44,499 nucleotides of DNA from Candidatus Parcubacteria bacterium (GTDB lineage Bacteria; Patescibacteriota; Minisyncoccia; UBA6257; 2-01-FULL-56-20), in NCBI GenBank assembly GCA_027355945.1, contig DAIEHA010000007.1:1-44499 (forward strand), written 5' to 3'. The number at the start of each line of letters is the position of its first letter. The stretch's first letter is position 1. The notes beneath the pieces were generated by a model, which worked only from the letters and a program-made list of their open reading frames with translations, made no database searches and was not told the DNA's origin. Below are positions 18,563 to 27,839 of the stretch, one piece after another. Made by a program: the position numbers and the translations under genes.

Positions 18563-19531
18563 TCAGAATATCCTGAACAGAAGCTGCACGAGTACAAGAC
18601 CGATCACGCCGAGGATCGCGACATATGAGAACACGGAGGCATTCGGGAACCCGCCTTTGGGGACGGTCGTCGTGGGGGTATATTCCTCAAGCCGTTCATT
18701 GCCCGCAGCATCGAATGCCCGCACCGCGATGGTATCGGTGAGCGACTGGTCGGTAAGGAGATAGGGGCTTATTGCCCTCTTCCAATTCCATTGGTCCTCG
18801 GGGAGCTTGAGGTTGGAGGAAGGGATCTCGGCGACCTCATAATGATCGATGCCCGTCTGCTTGTCCACGGTCGAAAACGTGGCAAACCATTGATTATTGA
18901 AAAGCGAGGGGTCGCGATATACGCCGATCGCAAAAGGTTCGGGGGGGATGGTGTCATCCTCGAGCGCCTTCTGCCAGGTATCCACCGCTGCGAACTGCCC
19001 CTGCAGCAGCTCCCCGTACTTCGCACCCGCCGTCGTAAGAGGTGCGATCGTCCCCTCGCCGTCGTTCAGCGTCGCTTGGGTGCCGGGAAGGAACGTGAGC
19101 GATGCGTTTTCCGGGGCGGTGGAGGACCCTTCGCTCGTCGATGTGGCAAAGCGGAAATAGATGGTGGCAAGCTTATTGCTGAGCGACGGGTCTCCGGGAA
19201 CGCGTCCGCAATATCCTCCGGGAAGCCCCCCCACGAACGATACGATCCCATACTGCGGATAGATCGTGGGATTCTTCACCCACATGGAGAATATGGAATC
19301 CCCATCGCTCACGGCGACCGCCTGAAGCACGTCCGCCGGATATGCGATGTCCACCTCGGCCGCATTGATGCATTGCGATGCGCCCGTATCAAGACGCACG
19401 CTTACCGGAAAGGTGACGCCCGGCGGATATTTCCCCGTTGCCGGATCGATGTAGATCTGGGCCGCGTGCGCAAAGAAGGGCGCGAACCCCGCATACGCCA
19501 CAATCGCAAGGATGATACCGTTCCTTTTCAT
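18563..19531 (-). CDS. secreted cohesin-domain protein with C-terminal TM anchor (cohesin 2)
   Basis: Signal peptide (FAHA), GVTFPVSVRLDT..INAAEVDIAYP..SIFSMWV..SFVGG, Ig-like DTIPPEPF..GIDHYEV, terminal TM. Confidence 0.8.
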   Translation of the reverse strand: MKRNGIILAIVAYAGFAPFFAHAAQIYIDPATGKYPPGVTFPVSVRLDTGASQCINAAEVDIAYPADVLQAVAVSDGDSIFSMWVKNPTIYPQYGIVSFVGGLPGGYCGRVPGDPSLSNKLATIYFRFATSTSEGSSTAPENASLTFLPGTQATLNDGEGTIAPLTTAGAKYGELLQGQFAAVDTWQKALEDDTIPPEPFAIGVYRDPSLFNNQWFATFSTVDKQTGIDHYEVAEIPSSNLKLPEDQWNWKRAISPYLLTDQSLTDTIAVRAFDAAGNERLEEYTPTTTVPKGGFPNASVFSYVAILGVIGLVLVQLLFRIF

Positions 19532-19563
19532 TTATATTAAAATTATATCACACGGAGCGGGGG

Positions 19564-20724
19564 TCATCCCGTCCAATAGTAGAGAAGGATGCTCAGATCC
19601 GAAAGGTCCACCACGCCGTCGCCGTTCAGGTCCGCGGTGGGATTGCTGGTCCCCCAATAATAAAGGAGTATCGAGAAATCCGCGAGGTTCACCCTGCCGT
19701 CGCCGTTCAGGTCCGCAAGCAGCTTTTTGCTCGGCGTACCGCTGCCCACGTAAAAAGGCACTGCCTGGCTTATCGTGCTCCGCAGCGTCGCACCGTTCTC
19801 CATCGTAATGAAATCGGCGTCCACCGTATGATAAGCATCGTTCTGAAGCACCGACGTATCCACGGGCACCATCCATCCTCCCCCAGCGTTCGTACTCGTC
19901 GTCACCACGATATTACCCCCGGAATGCACATGTACCTCGATGGTTGACGACGGCACGGATTCCCCGGACACCGTCACGACACCTCCTTTCGCCACTTGGC
20001 GTTTATCGATGGATATCGTCGGAGGAAGAAGTTCACCGGAGATCGTGGTCGCGGCGTCCGCGGTGACGGTGAACGTCGTCGTGAGCGCGATCGACTTGAG
20101 CCCGGTCGAATCCTGGGCCCATATGCCGAATGTATATACCCCCGGGGAGATGTTCGTCGTCGAAAAATAGAAGTTCGCATTGGAATCGGCCTGGACGACG
20201 CCGATCGCCTGTCCGTCCTGGAGGATGTTCACGCTCGCACCCGGATATGCCTGTCCTTGGATGACCACGGTCGTAGGATTCGGCGCGGTGTAGCTTCCCG
20301 GAGAATAACCGAACGAGGGCGCGGGCGCGGGGCCGGGACCCGGCTGGGGCGCGAGCGACGTGATCTGGCACGTCGCCGAGCATCCGTACCCCGGCACTCC
20401 GTTCATCGCGCCGGCATCGCATTGCTCCCCGTACTGAGGCTGGAGGATCCCGTCGCCGCAATACGGCGCCCACGCCCGGCATCCCGGCATGCACTGCCGA
20501 TTGGCCGTCGACGTGGAATACTGCCCCGTGTTCGTCCCGGTGTCGCACACTTCGGTGGGGGCCTGCACGATGCCATCCCCGCACACACTGATCGTCACGG
20601 TGGTCGTTGCATAGCTCTGGGCGCGCGCCGGGCTTATCGGCCGCACCGAAGGGAACAGCGCTGCCGCCATGGCTGCCGCGGCGGAGAATATGCCTATGGA
20701 GCGCAGGGATGGCCGGCGGATCAT
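19564..20724 (-). CDS. secreted dockerin-domain protein with two Cys-rich CGDG repeats and two Ig-like domains
   Basis: C-terminal duplicated Ca-binding motifs DLNGDGRVNLADF / DLNGDGVVDLSDL; CGDGIVQ..EVCD and CGDGILQ..EQCD; start ATG 20724. Confidence 0.85.
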   Translation of the reverse strand: MIRRPSLRSIGIFSAAAAMAAALFPSVRPISPARAQSYATTTVTISVCGDGIVQAPTEVCDTGTNTGQYSTSTANRQCMPGCRAWAPYCGDGILQPQYGEQCDAGAMNGVPGYGCSATCQITSLAPQPGPGPAPAPSFGYSPGSYTAPNPTTVVIQGQAYPGASVNILQDGQAIGVVQADSNANFYFSTTNISPGVYTFGIWAQDSTGLKSIALTTTFTVTADAATTISGELLPPTISIDKRQVAKGGVVTVSGESVPSSTIEVHVHSGGNIVVTTSTNAGGGWMVPVDTSVLQNDAYHTVDADFITMENGATLRSTISQAVPFYVGSGTPSKKLLADLNGDGRVNLADFSILLYYWGTSNPTADLNGDGVVDLSDLSILLYYWTG

Positions 20725-20732
20725 ATGGATAA

Positions 20733-21737
20733 TTATGCCCTCGGCGCGTGCGGAGGAGGAGGCGTCGGAATACCCTTCTTTCGGCGGCGGCTTCGGAAAA
20801 ATCCTCGGATGAAGAAAAGGATCGCCCAGAGCACAAGCAGTATTCCTGCGAGGACCGCGAATGTGATGAGCTTCTCCTGCCATGGCAGGACGAGGAAGTT
20901 GTAAGGGATGTATCCGGGGATGCTTCCGGGCGGCAGCACGCTGAGGTCGAGGGTGCCCTGTCCGATAAGATCGCTATCATCCCTTCCGTAGATCTGATAG
21001 AAAACCTTGTAGGTTCCTTGGGGTAGATAGGTGGGCATCTCCGCGGTCACGGTCTTCGTCTGGAACGGATCGACGCTTGCAAGCCAATTCGTGTTCTGTT
21101 CCACCTCGAGCACCTTCTGCGTGAGATAATCGCTGTAGGTAAATACCACTTTTTCCGGACTTCCCGAGATGTTCCCGTCGTTCTCGATATCCATATTGAA
21201 CAGGACCTTGCCCGGGAAATGCATCCATAACCACGTGAACCCCTGTTCTGCGTTCGTCATCGACACGCGCCGCACTTTGAAATTGACGTTCTTCTCATTG
21301 ATGACGCGGAGGTTCACATCGATCTGCGCACCGATCGTGAGACCGACGGTCCCCGCTACGGGGCCGCTCATCGGAGAGACGACGACCTGGATGTTCCCCT
21401 GATACTGTCCGAGCTTCGCATTGCTCGGCACGTTCACGCTCACGATCATCGGCATCTCCTGGGTGCCCGAGGGCATCGCGAACTGCATGCCCTTATCGAT
21501 GGAAATCCAGCTTTCCGCGCCGGGGACGTTGATCGTCACTTTTGCGGTAAGGTCCTGGTCCGGCGCTCCGCGCACAAGGAGGATCCTCTGTTCATAATGA
21601 GAGCCTGGTGCGAGCGCATCGTTCGTCACATAAGGAGGAGTGATGCCGAACCCCTCGGCATCCGTCCGATGCACGCCGAACGGAAAACCGGCGCACACCA
21701 TAAGCGCCGCCGCCGCTATGAAGATCATCTTCCTCAT
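20733..21737 (-). CDS. divergent DUF916/WxL-interacting-like protein, membrane anchored
   Basis: Signal peptide, FGITPPY..LAPGS, SWISI, VNVPSNAKLGQYQGNI, IENDGNI, C-terminal TM plus basic tail. Confidence 0.65.
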   Translation of the reverse strand: MRKMIFIAAAALMVCAGFPFGVHRTDAEGFGITPPYVTNDALAPGSHYEQRILLVRGAPDQDLTAKVTINVPGAESWISIDKGMQFAMPSGTQEMPMIVSVNVPSNAKLGQYQGNIQVVVSPMSGPVAGTVGLTIGAQIDVNLRVINEKNVNFKVRRVSMTNAEQGFTWLWMHFPGKVLFNMDIENDGNISGSPEKVVFTYSDYLTQKVLEVEQNTNWLASVDPFQTKTVTAEMPTYLPQGTYKVFYQIYGRDDSDLIGQGTLDLSVLPPGSIPGYIPYNFLVLPWQEKLITFAVLAGILLVLWAILFFIRGFFRSRRRKKGIPTPPPPHAPRA

Positions 21738-21810
21738 TAGTCCGTGAAAAAAAGAACCCCGTGAACGTTTCGATAATTATAGCACAGCAACAACGGGACC
21801 GCGTCCGGTA

Positions 21811-23661
21811 CTACCAGTACTGTGCGGGGCTCTTCACGCCAATGAACGTGTTCTGCCCGGTATAGGCGCCCGAAAGCTGGATGGTGCTCGGCACCGCGAT
21901 TCCCCAGAAGGTCGATCCCGTGTTCGGCGAGGATGTGGCGGTCGATTTGGGGATCTGGATCGGCACAAGGGTCCCCGGATTCGTAAGAAGGGTTGCGCCC
22001 GAACCGTATGCGACGGTCGACGTGGCGTACTGTATCTGCCCCACCGGAATGGTCGAGGTGGTGGAGACGGCGCAGCTCGGATAGGTGGTACACATATTCG
22101 CGCCATACAGGGTCTCGTTCAGACCGACGTTCCCCGTCGATGCAAGGATCGTGGATGTTGCGAGTGTCGGCGTGCTGGAGCCCGGGCTCAAACCGCCGAA
22201 ATTGATCGCGGGGGTATCGAGCTGGGCCGCGAGGAAGCTCGCAACCTTGTTGCCGACCGCAGATTCCGTAAGCGGGCTCGATGACCCGTTATGGTTCGTC
22301 GCTTGCGCGCTCACGAGCCAGTTCTGATTGTAATATTGCGTATCGCTCGCGGTCGTACCGTCCGTGGGGTCTGCGACGTACCAAAGCGGGAAATAGCAGG
22401 TCCATGTCGCACTGATGGAGCTCGATCCATTGCACGATGCGGCATCCTGCGTACAGGTGACGGGCCACGTGGAGGATCCCACCGCCTCGGGGTAGCAATT
22501 ATCAGGATTGTAATTCGGTCCGGTCTGGCACGCTGCCTGGCCAATGCCCGAACGATACACGTTGATGAGGGCCGAGGTGATCTCCTGTCCTCCGGTGATC
22601 GTCTGACAGCTGTTATCGTCCGATACGGTGAACTTCACTGCGAATCCGTTCGTCTGCCCGTTGGGCACCGTGAGCGCAAGGGGGTTCGTGCTTCCGTCGG
22701 TGTTCAGAAGGCTTATGCTCGACGATGCGATCGTGGGAGCCACGCTGCTTATGGCGTATGTGGACGTCGCTCCCTCCGCACCACCCAATGCGGGAAGTCC
22801 GTGTTGATCCACGACGTATCCATAGGAAGGATAGGAACCGTCGGGGCGCGGCAGCGGGGTCGTATAGGAACAGGTGGGATTCAGGGTCGTCGTTGCGGAG
22901 GTGCAGTATGTCCCCGCGGGACCGCAGACCGAACCCGTGAAGTCGTTGGCTTTACAGACGAAAAGCTGAATGGTGTCGGTTGCTCCCGTGAACGTGTCGG
23001 TATCCGATGCGACCGCCGTCCAGCTGATGAGCGTACCGGGGTTCACCGGGCCGGTGTTCGAGATGGACGCGAAGATCGGAGGATGGTTCACCACGAAAGG
23101 CGATCCCGTCGTATATGTCGGGTTGCATTTGGCGCCGCCGAGATTGTTGTCGCAGATCCACGCATACCATGAATCGAACTGGGGATCGCTGCTCGACGCG
23201 GTATAGGTCGTCGTCGCCGTGGCCGTGCTCGGCGTGACCGCGGATACGCCCCACTGGTTGACGGTGCCGCCGCCGCACGTAGGCGAACCCCCTGACGTAC
23301 CGGGGGTCGGCGTGCTCGTCGATTTACAGAGAAGGAGGTAGTAGCTGTCGTTGTTGGGATCGGTCGCCACGGCATACCACGTCACTTTGCTCCCCACGTT
23401 CGTCGGTGCGGTGGTGGTGGACACCGGATTCTCGTATGCATTCGTCGTCCAGTTGGGCGGCGTATTGAGCACCGTCACCGTCGTCGTCGCCGTGCTTTGG
23501 GCGAACGTAAAGCGGGCATGATAGAGGGCTCCCGTCGTCCAGAAGTTCACCACGATGGCAACGACCGCCACAAGGATGCCCGAAAGAATCACGGCCATGC
23601 TCACGCGGCCCTTCACATCACGGACTCTCTCTTTCCACCAGGCGATCCAGCGAACGATCAT
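21811..23661 (-). CDS. secreted Cys/Thr-rich protein with C-terminal WxL/pilin-like domain (class B)
   Basis: N-terminal hydrophobic segment, two similar Cys-containing Ig-like repeats, C-terminus INFGGLSPG...FWGIAVP...GAYTGQNTFIGV. Confidence 0.75.
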   Translation of the reverse strand: MIVRWIAWWKERVRDVKGRVSMAVILSGILVAVVAIVVNFWTTGALYHARFTFAQSTATTTVTVLNTPPNWTTNAYENPVSTTTAPTNVGSKVTWYAVATDPNNDSYYLLLCKSTSTPTPGTSGGSPTCGGGTVNQWGVSAVTPSTATATTTYTASSSDPQFDSWYAWICDNNLGGAKCNPTYTTGSPFVVNHPPIFASISNTGPVNPGTLISWTAVASDTDTFTGATDTIQLFVCKANDFTGSVCGPAGTYCTSATTTLNPTCSYTTPLPRPDGSYPSYGYVVDQHGLPALGGAEGATSTYAISSVAPTIASSSISLLNTDGSTNPLALTVPNGQTNGFAVKFTVSDDNSCQTITGGQEITSALINVYRSGIGQAACQTGPNYNPDNCYPEAVGSSTWPVTCTQDAASCNGSSSISATWTCYFPLWYVADPTDGTTASDTQYYNQNWLVSAQATNHNGSSSPLTESAVGNKVASFLAAQLDTPAINFGGLSPGSSTPTLATSTILASTGNVGLNETLYGANMCTTYPSCAVSTTSTIPVGQIQYATSTVAYGSGATLLTNPGTLVPIQIPKSTATSSPNTGSTFWGIAVPSTIQLSGAYTGQNTFIGVKSPAQYW

Positions 23662-23714
23662 ATCGGGATTGTTTTATTCATTATATCCCATGTTGTCCCC
23701 AGAAAAAGGCCAGG

Positions 23715-23723
23715 TTATCCACA
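23715..23723 (+). promoter_or_regulatory. perfect DnaA-box 9-mer upstream of the 21811..23661 gene
   Basis: TTATCCACA in the intergenic region; minus-strand TATAAT lies between it and the ATG. Confidence 0.55.
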
Positions 23724-23763
23724 CCTTGTACAAAGTCGCCTCTTTCGGGGCGAATATCCCCTG

Positions 23764-24966
23764 CTATTTATAGCGTATTGCCTCGAGCGGACTTATGGAC
23801 GATGCCCTTCGCGCGGGGAATATTCCCGTAATGAAACCCACGAGAGCCGAGAAAACCGTGATAAATCCGAGGAAAGGCAGCGGGAATGCGAAAAGCGCCA
23901 CCGCAGCACCGCCAAAATGCGTAGCCACAAGGTTTAATAGGTAGTTGATGATGAGACCTCCGGCGATGCCTATGGCCATCCCCGTCATGCCTCCAAGAAA
24001 ACCGACCACGACCGCTTCCGCGAGGAAAAGAAACTGGATGTCCCGGGGCGACCCCCCGATCGTACGCATGACGCCGATCTCCCCCGTACGCTCGAGGAGC
24101 GTCACCGTCATGGTGTTCACCATGCCGATCGCCGATACGATAAGTGCGATACCCCCGAACCCGGCAAGGACCCACTGGACGCCGGTGAAGATCTGGTTTG
24201 CCTGGTCCACCGTCTTCGAAAGCGCCGAGACCACATAGCCGGCCTTCACGATGGCGGCCTGGACGCCGCCCAGATTGCCGCTCGCGTTCACGCGCACCTG
24301 CACTTTGTCGTACTGCTGGATCCCCACCTGGGAGGAAAGCGTGGCGAGCGGGATCATCGCATAGATGGAGGCGCTGTCATTCGTCACCCCCGTCACGGTG
24401 AAATTGCCGTTCAGAGGAACCTGCTCGCTCTGTCCCCCGTTTTGGGCCTGCGTCACGATCCGGAACGATACCGGTTTCCCGATGATCGCCTTCGGATCGC
24501 TCACGCCGAAAAGCTGCAGCGCCGCGCTTGAAAGAATGACGTCGTTCCCGTCCGACGGCTGGTCGGTGAACGGGCTCCCGGCCGCCATGGCAATACCGGC
24601 ATATTTGAAATACGACGCCTGTGAGCCCTCGAGGTCCGTGTTCGCCGAGAGGCCGTTGTAGGTGATGAGCGATTGGAACGTTGCAAGCGGCGAGACGTCC
24701 TGGACGTTCGGGATCGCTTTGAACTTCGCGAGTGCGCCATCGTCGAGGGCCACGGCGCTCGTCGCCGGTGGCGTGACGGTGAGACTGAGCAGCGTATCCC
24801 CGAACACGATCTTCTCGAGCAGGATGTTCTGGAGGCCGAACCCGAGGCCCACGAGCATCACGACCGCCGCAGTGCCCACGCCCATACCAAGGATCGTAAG
24901 CCACGTCCTCGCGGGATTGGTCTTGAACATCCTCGTGGAAAGCTTCAGTGAATCGGCGATCCTCAT
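23764..24966 (-). CDS. MacB/FtsX-family ABC transporter permease
   Basis: RTWLTILGMGVG, large extracytoplasmic domain, GMVNTM..LERTGEIGVMRTIG, FPARRASSISPLEAIRY. Confidence 0.93.
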   Translation of the reverse strand: MRIADSLKLSTRMFKTNPARTWLTILGMGVGTAAVVMLVGLGFGLQNILLEKIVFGDTLLSLTVTPPATSAVALDDGALAKFKAIPNVQDVSPLATFQSLITYNGLSANTDLEGSQASYFKYAGIAMAAGSPFTDQPSDGNDVILSSAALQLFGVSDPKAIIGKPVSFRIVTQAQNGGQSEQVPLNGNFTVTGVTNDSASIYAMIPLATLSSQVGIQQYDKVQVRVNASGNLGGVQAAIVKAGYVVSALSKTVDQANQIFTGVQWVLAGFGGIALIVSAIGMVNTMTVTLLERTGEIGVMRTIGGSPRDIQFLFLAEAVVVGFLGGMTGMAIGIAGGLIINYLLNLVATHFGGAAVALFAFPLPFLGFITVFSALVGFITGIFPARRASSISPLEAIRYK

Positions 24967-24985
24967 GGTTATAGTATAAAACGGT

Positions 24986-26296
24986 TCAGAGATACATGCC
25001 CTGCCCTATGAGCTTCTCGAGGTACCAACTTACATACCGCGCCGTGTCCGGATCGAGGCCCATGCCATCCCCCTCGAAGGGAGACTTGAGGCGACGGCGG
25101 AAATCCTCGGACTGGATGAATCCGCGAATGCGGAATTTCAGGAGCTCGTCCATACGCGCGATGTGCTCCGGCGGGATGCGAAACCCGCATTCCCGCATGA
25201 GATCCTCGCGCACCTCGGCGATACGGTCCCCTTGGCGCAGCGAGGCCACTTTCGCCGTGAAGTTATCGCGATAGGCGCGGATGTCCCTCGCCTCTTTAAG
25301 TACGATGTTCAATTTCTCCTCGAAAGTCTCCGCCCGATGCCGATCGATCTCCGGACCGCCTTCGTCCACGGATCTCGTGAGCTTGTCCACGAACCCCTCG
25401 TCCGTGAGCTTCCCGTCGATGAACATGCCGACCGTCCGCTCCAATCGCTCGATCTGATCGAACCCGATGTCCTGGGTGAGGAAGTTCACGACGCTCTTCA
25501 CCCGCAGCTCCTCCGGCGATGCATACGGATAGATGCGTGCCAACTTCTCTATCTCGGAAAGGATCGACGTGCCGGGATCCGTCTGCTTGATCTGCTTCTT
25601 CTCCGGGTTCACCACCTCGCGCTCCACGCCTCCGTCCTTCATATGATACACGCGGTGCGCGTACGGCAAGAGCTTCGCATCATGGGTGACGAGAATGACG
25701 GTCTTCTGCTGTTTTATGTTGATCTCCTCGAGCATGCCCATCACCTGGTCCGCCGAAACGCTGTCGAGGTTGCCGACCGGTTCGTCGGCGAAGAGGATCT
25801 CGGGATCGTTGATGAGCGAGCGGGCGACGGCGACGCGCTGCTGCTGTCCGCCGGAGAGGTCGGTCGACCGCTTGCGCGCCTGCTGTTCCACGCCGAACTG
25901 CTTGAGCAGCTTCATGGACCGGATATAGCGTTCCGCGGGCGGCACGTTCGCGAAGATGAGCGGCAGCGCGACGTTGTCGATCACGCTGAGCGAGGGGATG
26001 AGGTTGAACGATTGGAAGATGATCCCCACCGTGCTCCTTTGGAATCGCACCATGTCCTTCACGCCGTACTTATATGGATTCTCCCCTTTCACGAGGATCT
26101 CCCCGGACGACGGCGGAAGGATCCCGAGAAGGCTGTACAGCAGCGTTGATTTCCCGCAGCCCGAAGGACCGAAGAGGATTATGTATTCCTTGGGATAGAT
26201 CTCGAGCGTCTCTCCGCGCAGGGCGTTGTATTCGTTCGATTTGCCCTGGTTGTAGATGACCTTGATGTTGTTCACCCTGATGATCGGTTCAAGCAT
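24986..26296 (-). CDS. MacB/LolD-type ABC ATPase with about 200-aa C-terminal extension
   Basis: GPSGCGKST, FQSFNLI, LSGGQQQRVAVAR, ADEPVGNLD, VTHD; start ATG 26296. Confidence 0.92.
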   Translation of the reverse strand: MLEPIIRVNNIKVIYNQGKSNEYNALRGETLEIYPKEYIILFGPSGCGKSTLLYSLLGILPPSSGEILVKGENPYKYGVKDMVRFQRSTVGIIFQSFNLIPSLSVIDNVALPLIFANVPPAERYIRSMKLLKQFGVEQQARKRSTDLSGGQQQRVAVARSLINDPEILFADEPVGNLDSVSADQVMGMLEEINIKQQKTVILVTHDAKLLPYAHRVYHMKDGGVEREVVNPEKKQIKQTDPGTSILSEIEKLARIYPYASPEELRVKSVVNFLTQDIGFDQIERLERTVGMFIDGKLTDEGFVDKLTRSVDEGGPEIDRHRAETFEEKLNIVLKEARDIRAYRDNFTAKVASLRQGDRIAEVREDLMRECGFRIPPEHIARMDELLKFRIRGFIQSEDFRRRLKSPFEGDGMGLDPDTARYVSWYLEKLIGQGMYL

Positions 26297-26306
26297 GATG
26301 ATTCGA

Positions 26307-27788
26307 TTATTTTTTGGCGCCTCCCGAGAAGTTTCCGAGCCATCCGAATGTCCCCTGGAAGTTCTCGAGGATGATATCCACGATGCTCTTCTGCTGCTGC
26401 GGCGTAAGGAGCACGTAGTCCTCCGAGCTCGTCGTGTTCCCATCCACGTCGGTACAGGTCACCCAGTATTTATACACGGTCGCAGGCGTGAATGTCGTGA
26501 TGACGTCCACGTGCTTCACGACGGGGACGGTTTCGAGCGTCGTCGTCACGACGTCCGCGCCGCTCCCGCTCGAATATGAAAGGAAGCACATCGATGGCTC
26601 ATCGGTCGCCCACGAAATGACCGTCTGGACGGTCGTGTCCTGTCCCGGATAGAGCGTGGAGTCGTTGCTCACCTGCGAGATCACCGGAGGATAGATGTTC
26701 TTCGTCGTCACGAAGTAGACGGGGTCGCTCTTCACCGTATCGCCCGCCTGGTTCTGCGCGATGATGACGGCCGAATAGCGCGTCTGGTAGACGAGTCCCG
26801 CGATCTGGAGAATGTGCGTCGTAAGGTACGATGGATCCCCGATCGAGAGCGATTTGTTGTTCGCCATATCGGTATAGACGATCTCACCCGCCGACGGCAT
26901 GGGCGTACCCCAGCTTATCGTGACGTCGTGCTCGCCCACCGTCACGACGTGAGGATTGATGATCTGAGGAAGGACCGATTTGGTCGTGAACGTGAGATCG
27001 GCGCTCTCTCCCGGCGTGCCGATCCCTCCTGCGCGCGAGGATACCATGTAGTGATATTCCGTCGCCGGCGAGAGTCCGTAGACCGTCACCGTGTGCGTCT
27101 TCCCGAGCCCGTTCTGATCCGTTTCCTGCCGCGGATACGGGTTCGCATTCGAGGGATTGTACTCCGCGGCGGAGGCGATGGATACCGTGCCATCCGCGCT
27201 CTGATCGGTGTTCCAGACGACCGTCACATTATCCGTGCCGATGGTGAGCTGAGGGATACCCAGGATGTTCGGCGGCCCGATGCTTGCTTTGGCCTGCTGA
27301 TTCAGGGCTCCCGCGATCGCCTCGAGCGCCTGCGTGCTCGTGATCTGCTGGATGATGGAGAGCGCCTTTGCGGAAAGCTGCTGCTGCTGCGGATTCGTGA
27401 TGTTCGAAAGTTTGGAAAGGTCGATGGTGCTCGAGGTCGTGAACGTATAATCCCCCGAAACGTGCTGGTTGCCGTTCGCATCGGTGGAGCGTATGCGGAA
27501 ATAATACGTCGTCCCCGGATCAAGATTGGGAATGACGACCGAGTGCTGGGTGCCGAGAGGCCCCTGGTTCCTCATCCCGCAATAGTTCGTATCCTGGCTG
27601 AAGTTCACAAAACTGTCGGTGTTGGAATCCGTGGTCCATGTGACCGTGGTCGAGGTGGCGGTCACGCCCGCAACGACCACGTTCGAGATGTTCGGCGAGG
27701 TGTCCGCAAGCGCCCGCACGACGACCGCCGCGGACATGGCCGCGGCACCCATAAGCACCCCTATGGCGAACAGCGAGCGCGCCTTCAT
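26307..27788 (-). CDS. secreted protein with four fibronectin type III-like repeats
   Basis: Signal peptide; repeated V-x-W-x-T...H-x-V...L-x-P-x-T-x-Y pattern (TVTWTTD..HSVVIPNLDPGTTYYF etc.); start ATG 27788. Confidence 0.85.
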   Translation of the reverse strand: MKARSLFAIGVLMGAAAMSAAVVVRALADTSPNISNVVVAGVTATSTTVTWTTDSNTDSFVNFSQDTNYCGMRNQGPLGTQHSVVIPNLDPGTTYYFRIRSTDANGNQHVSGDYTFTTSSTIDLSKLSNITNPQQQQLSAKALSIIQQITSTQALEAIAGALNQQAKASIGPPNILGIPQLTIGTDNVTVVWNTDQSADGTVSIASAAEYNPSNANPYPRQETDQNGLGKTHTVTVYGLSPATEYHYMVSSRAGGIGTPGESADLTFTTKSVLPQIINPHVVTVGEHDVTISWGTPMPSAGEIVYTDMANNKSLSIGDPSYLTTHILQIAGLVYQTRYSAVIIAQNQAGDTVKSDPVYFVTTKNIYPPVISQVSNDSTLYPGQDTTVQTVISWATDEPSMCFLSYSSGSGADVVTTTLETVPVVKHVDVITTFTPATVYKYWVTCTDVDGNTTSSEDYVLLTPQQQKSIVDIILENFQGTFGWLGNFSGGAKK

Positions 27789-27839
27789 GTTGTTATGATA
27801 CCACACGCACGGGCATCGCCCCGTGCCACACCTCCTCGT

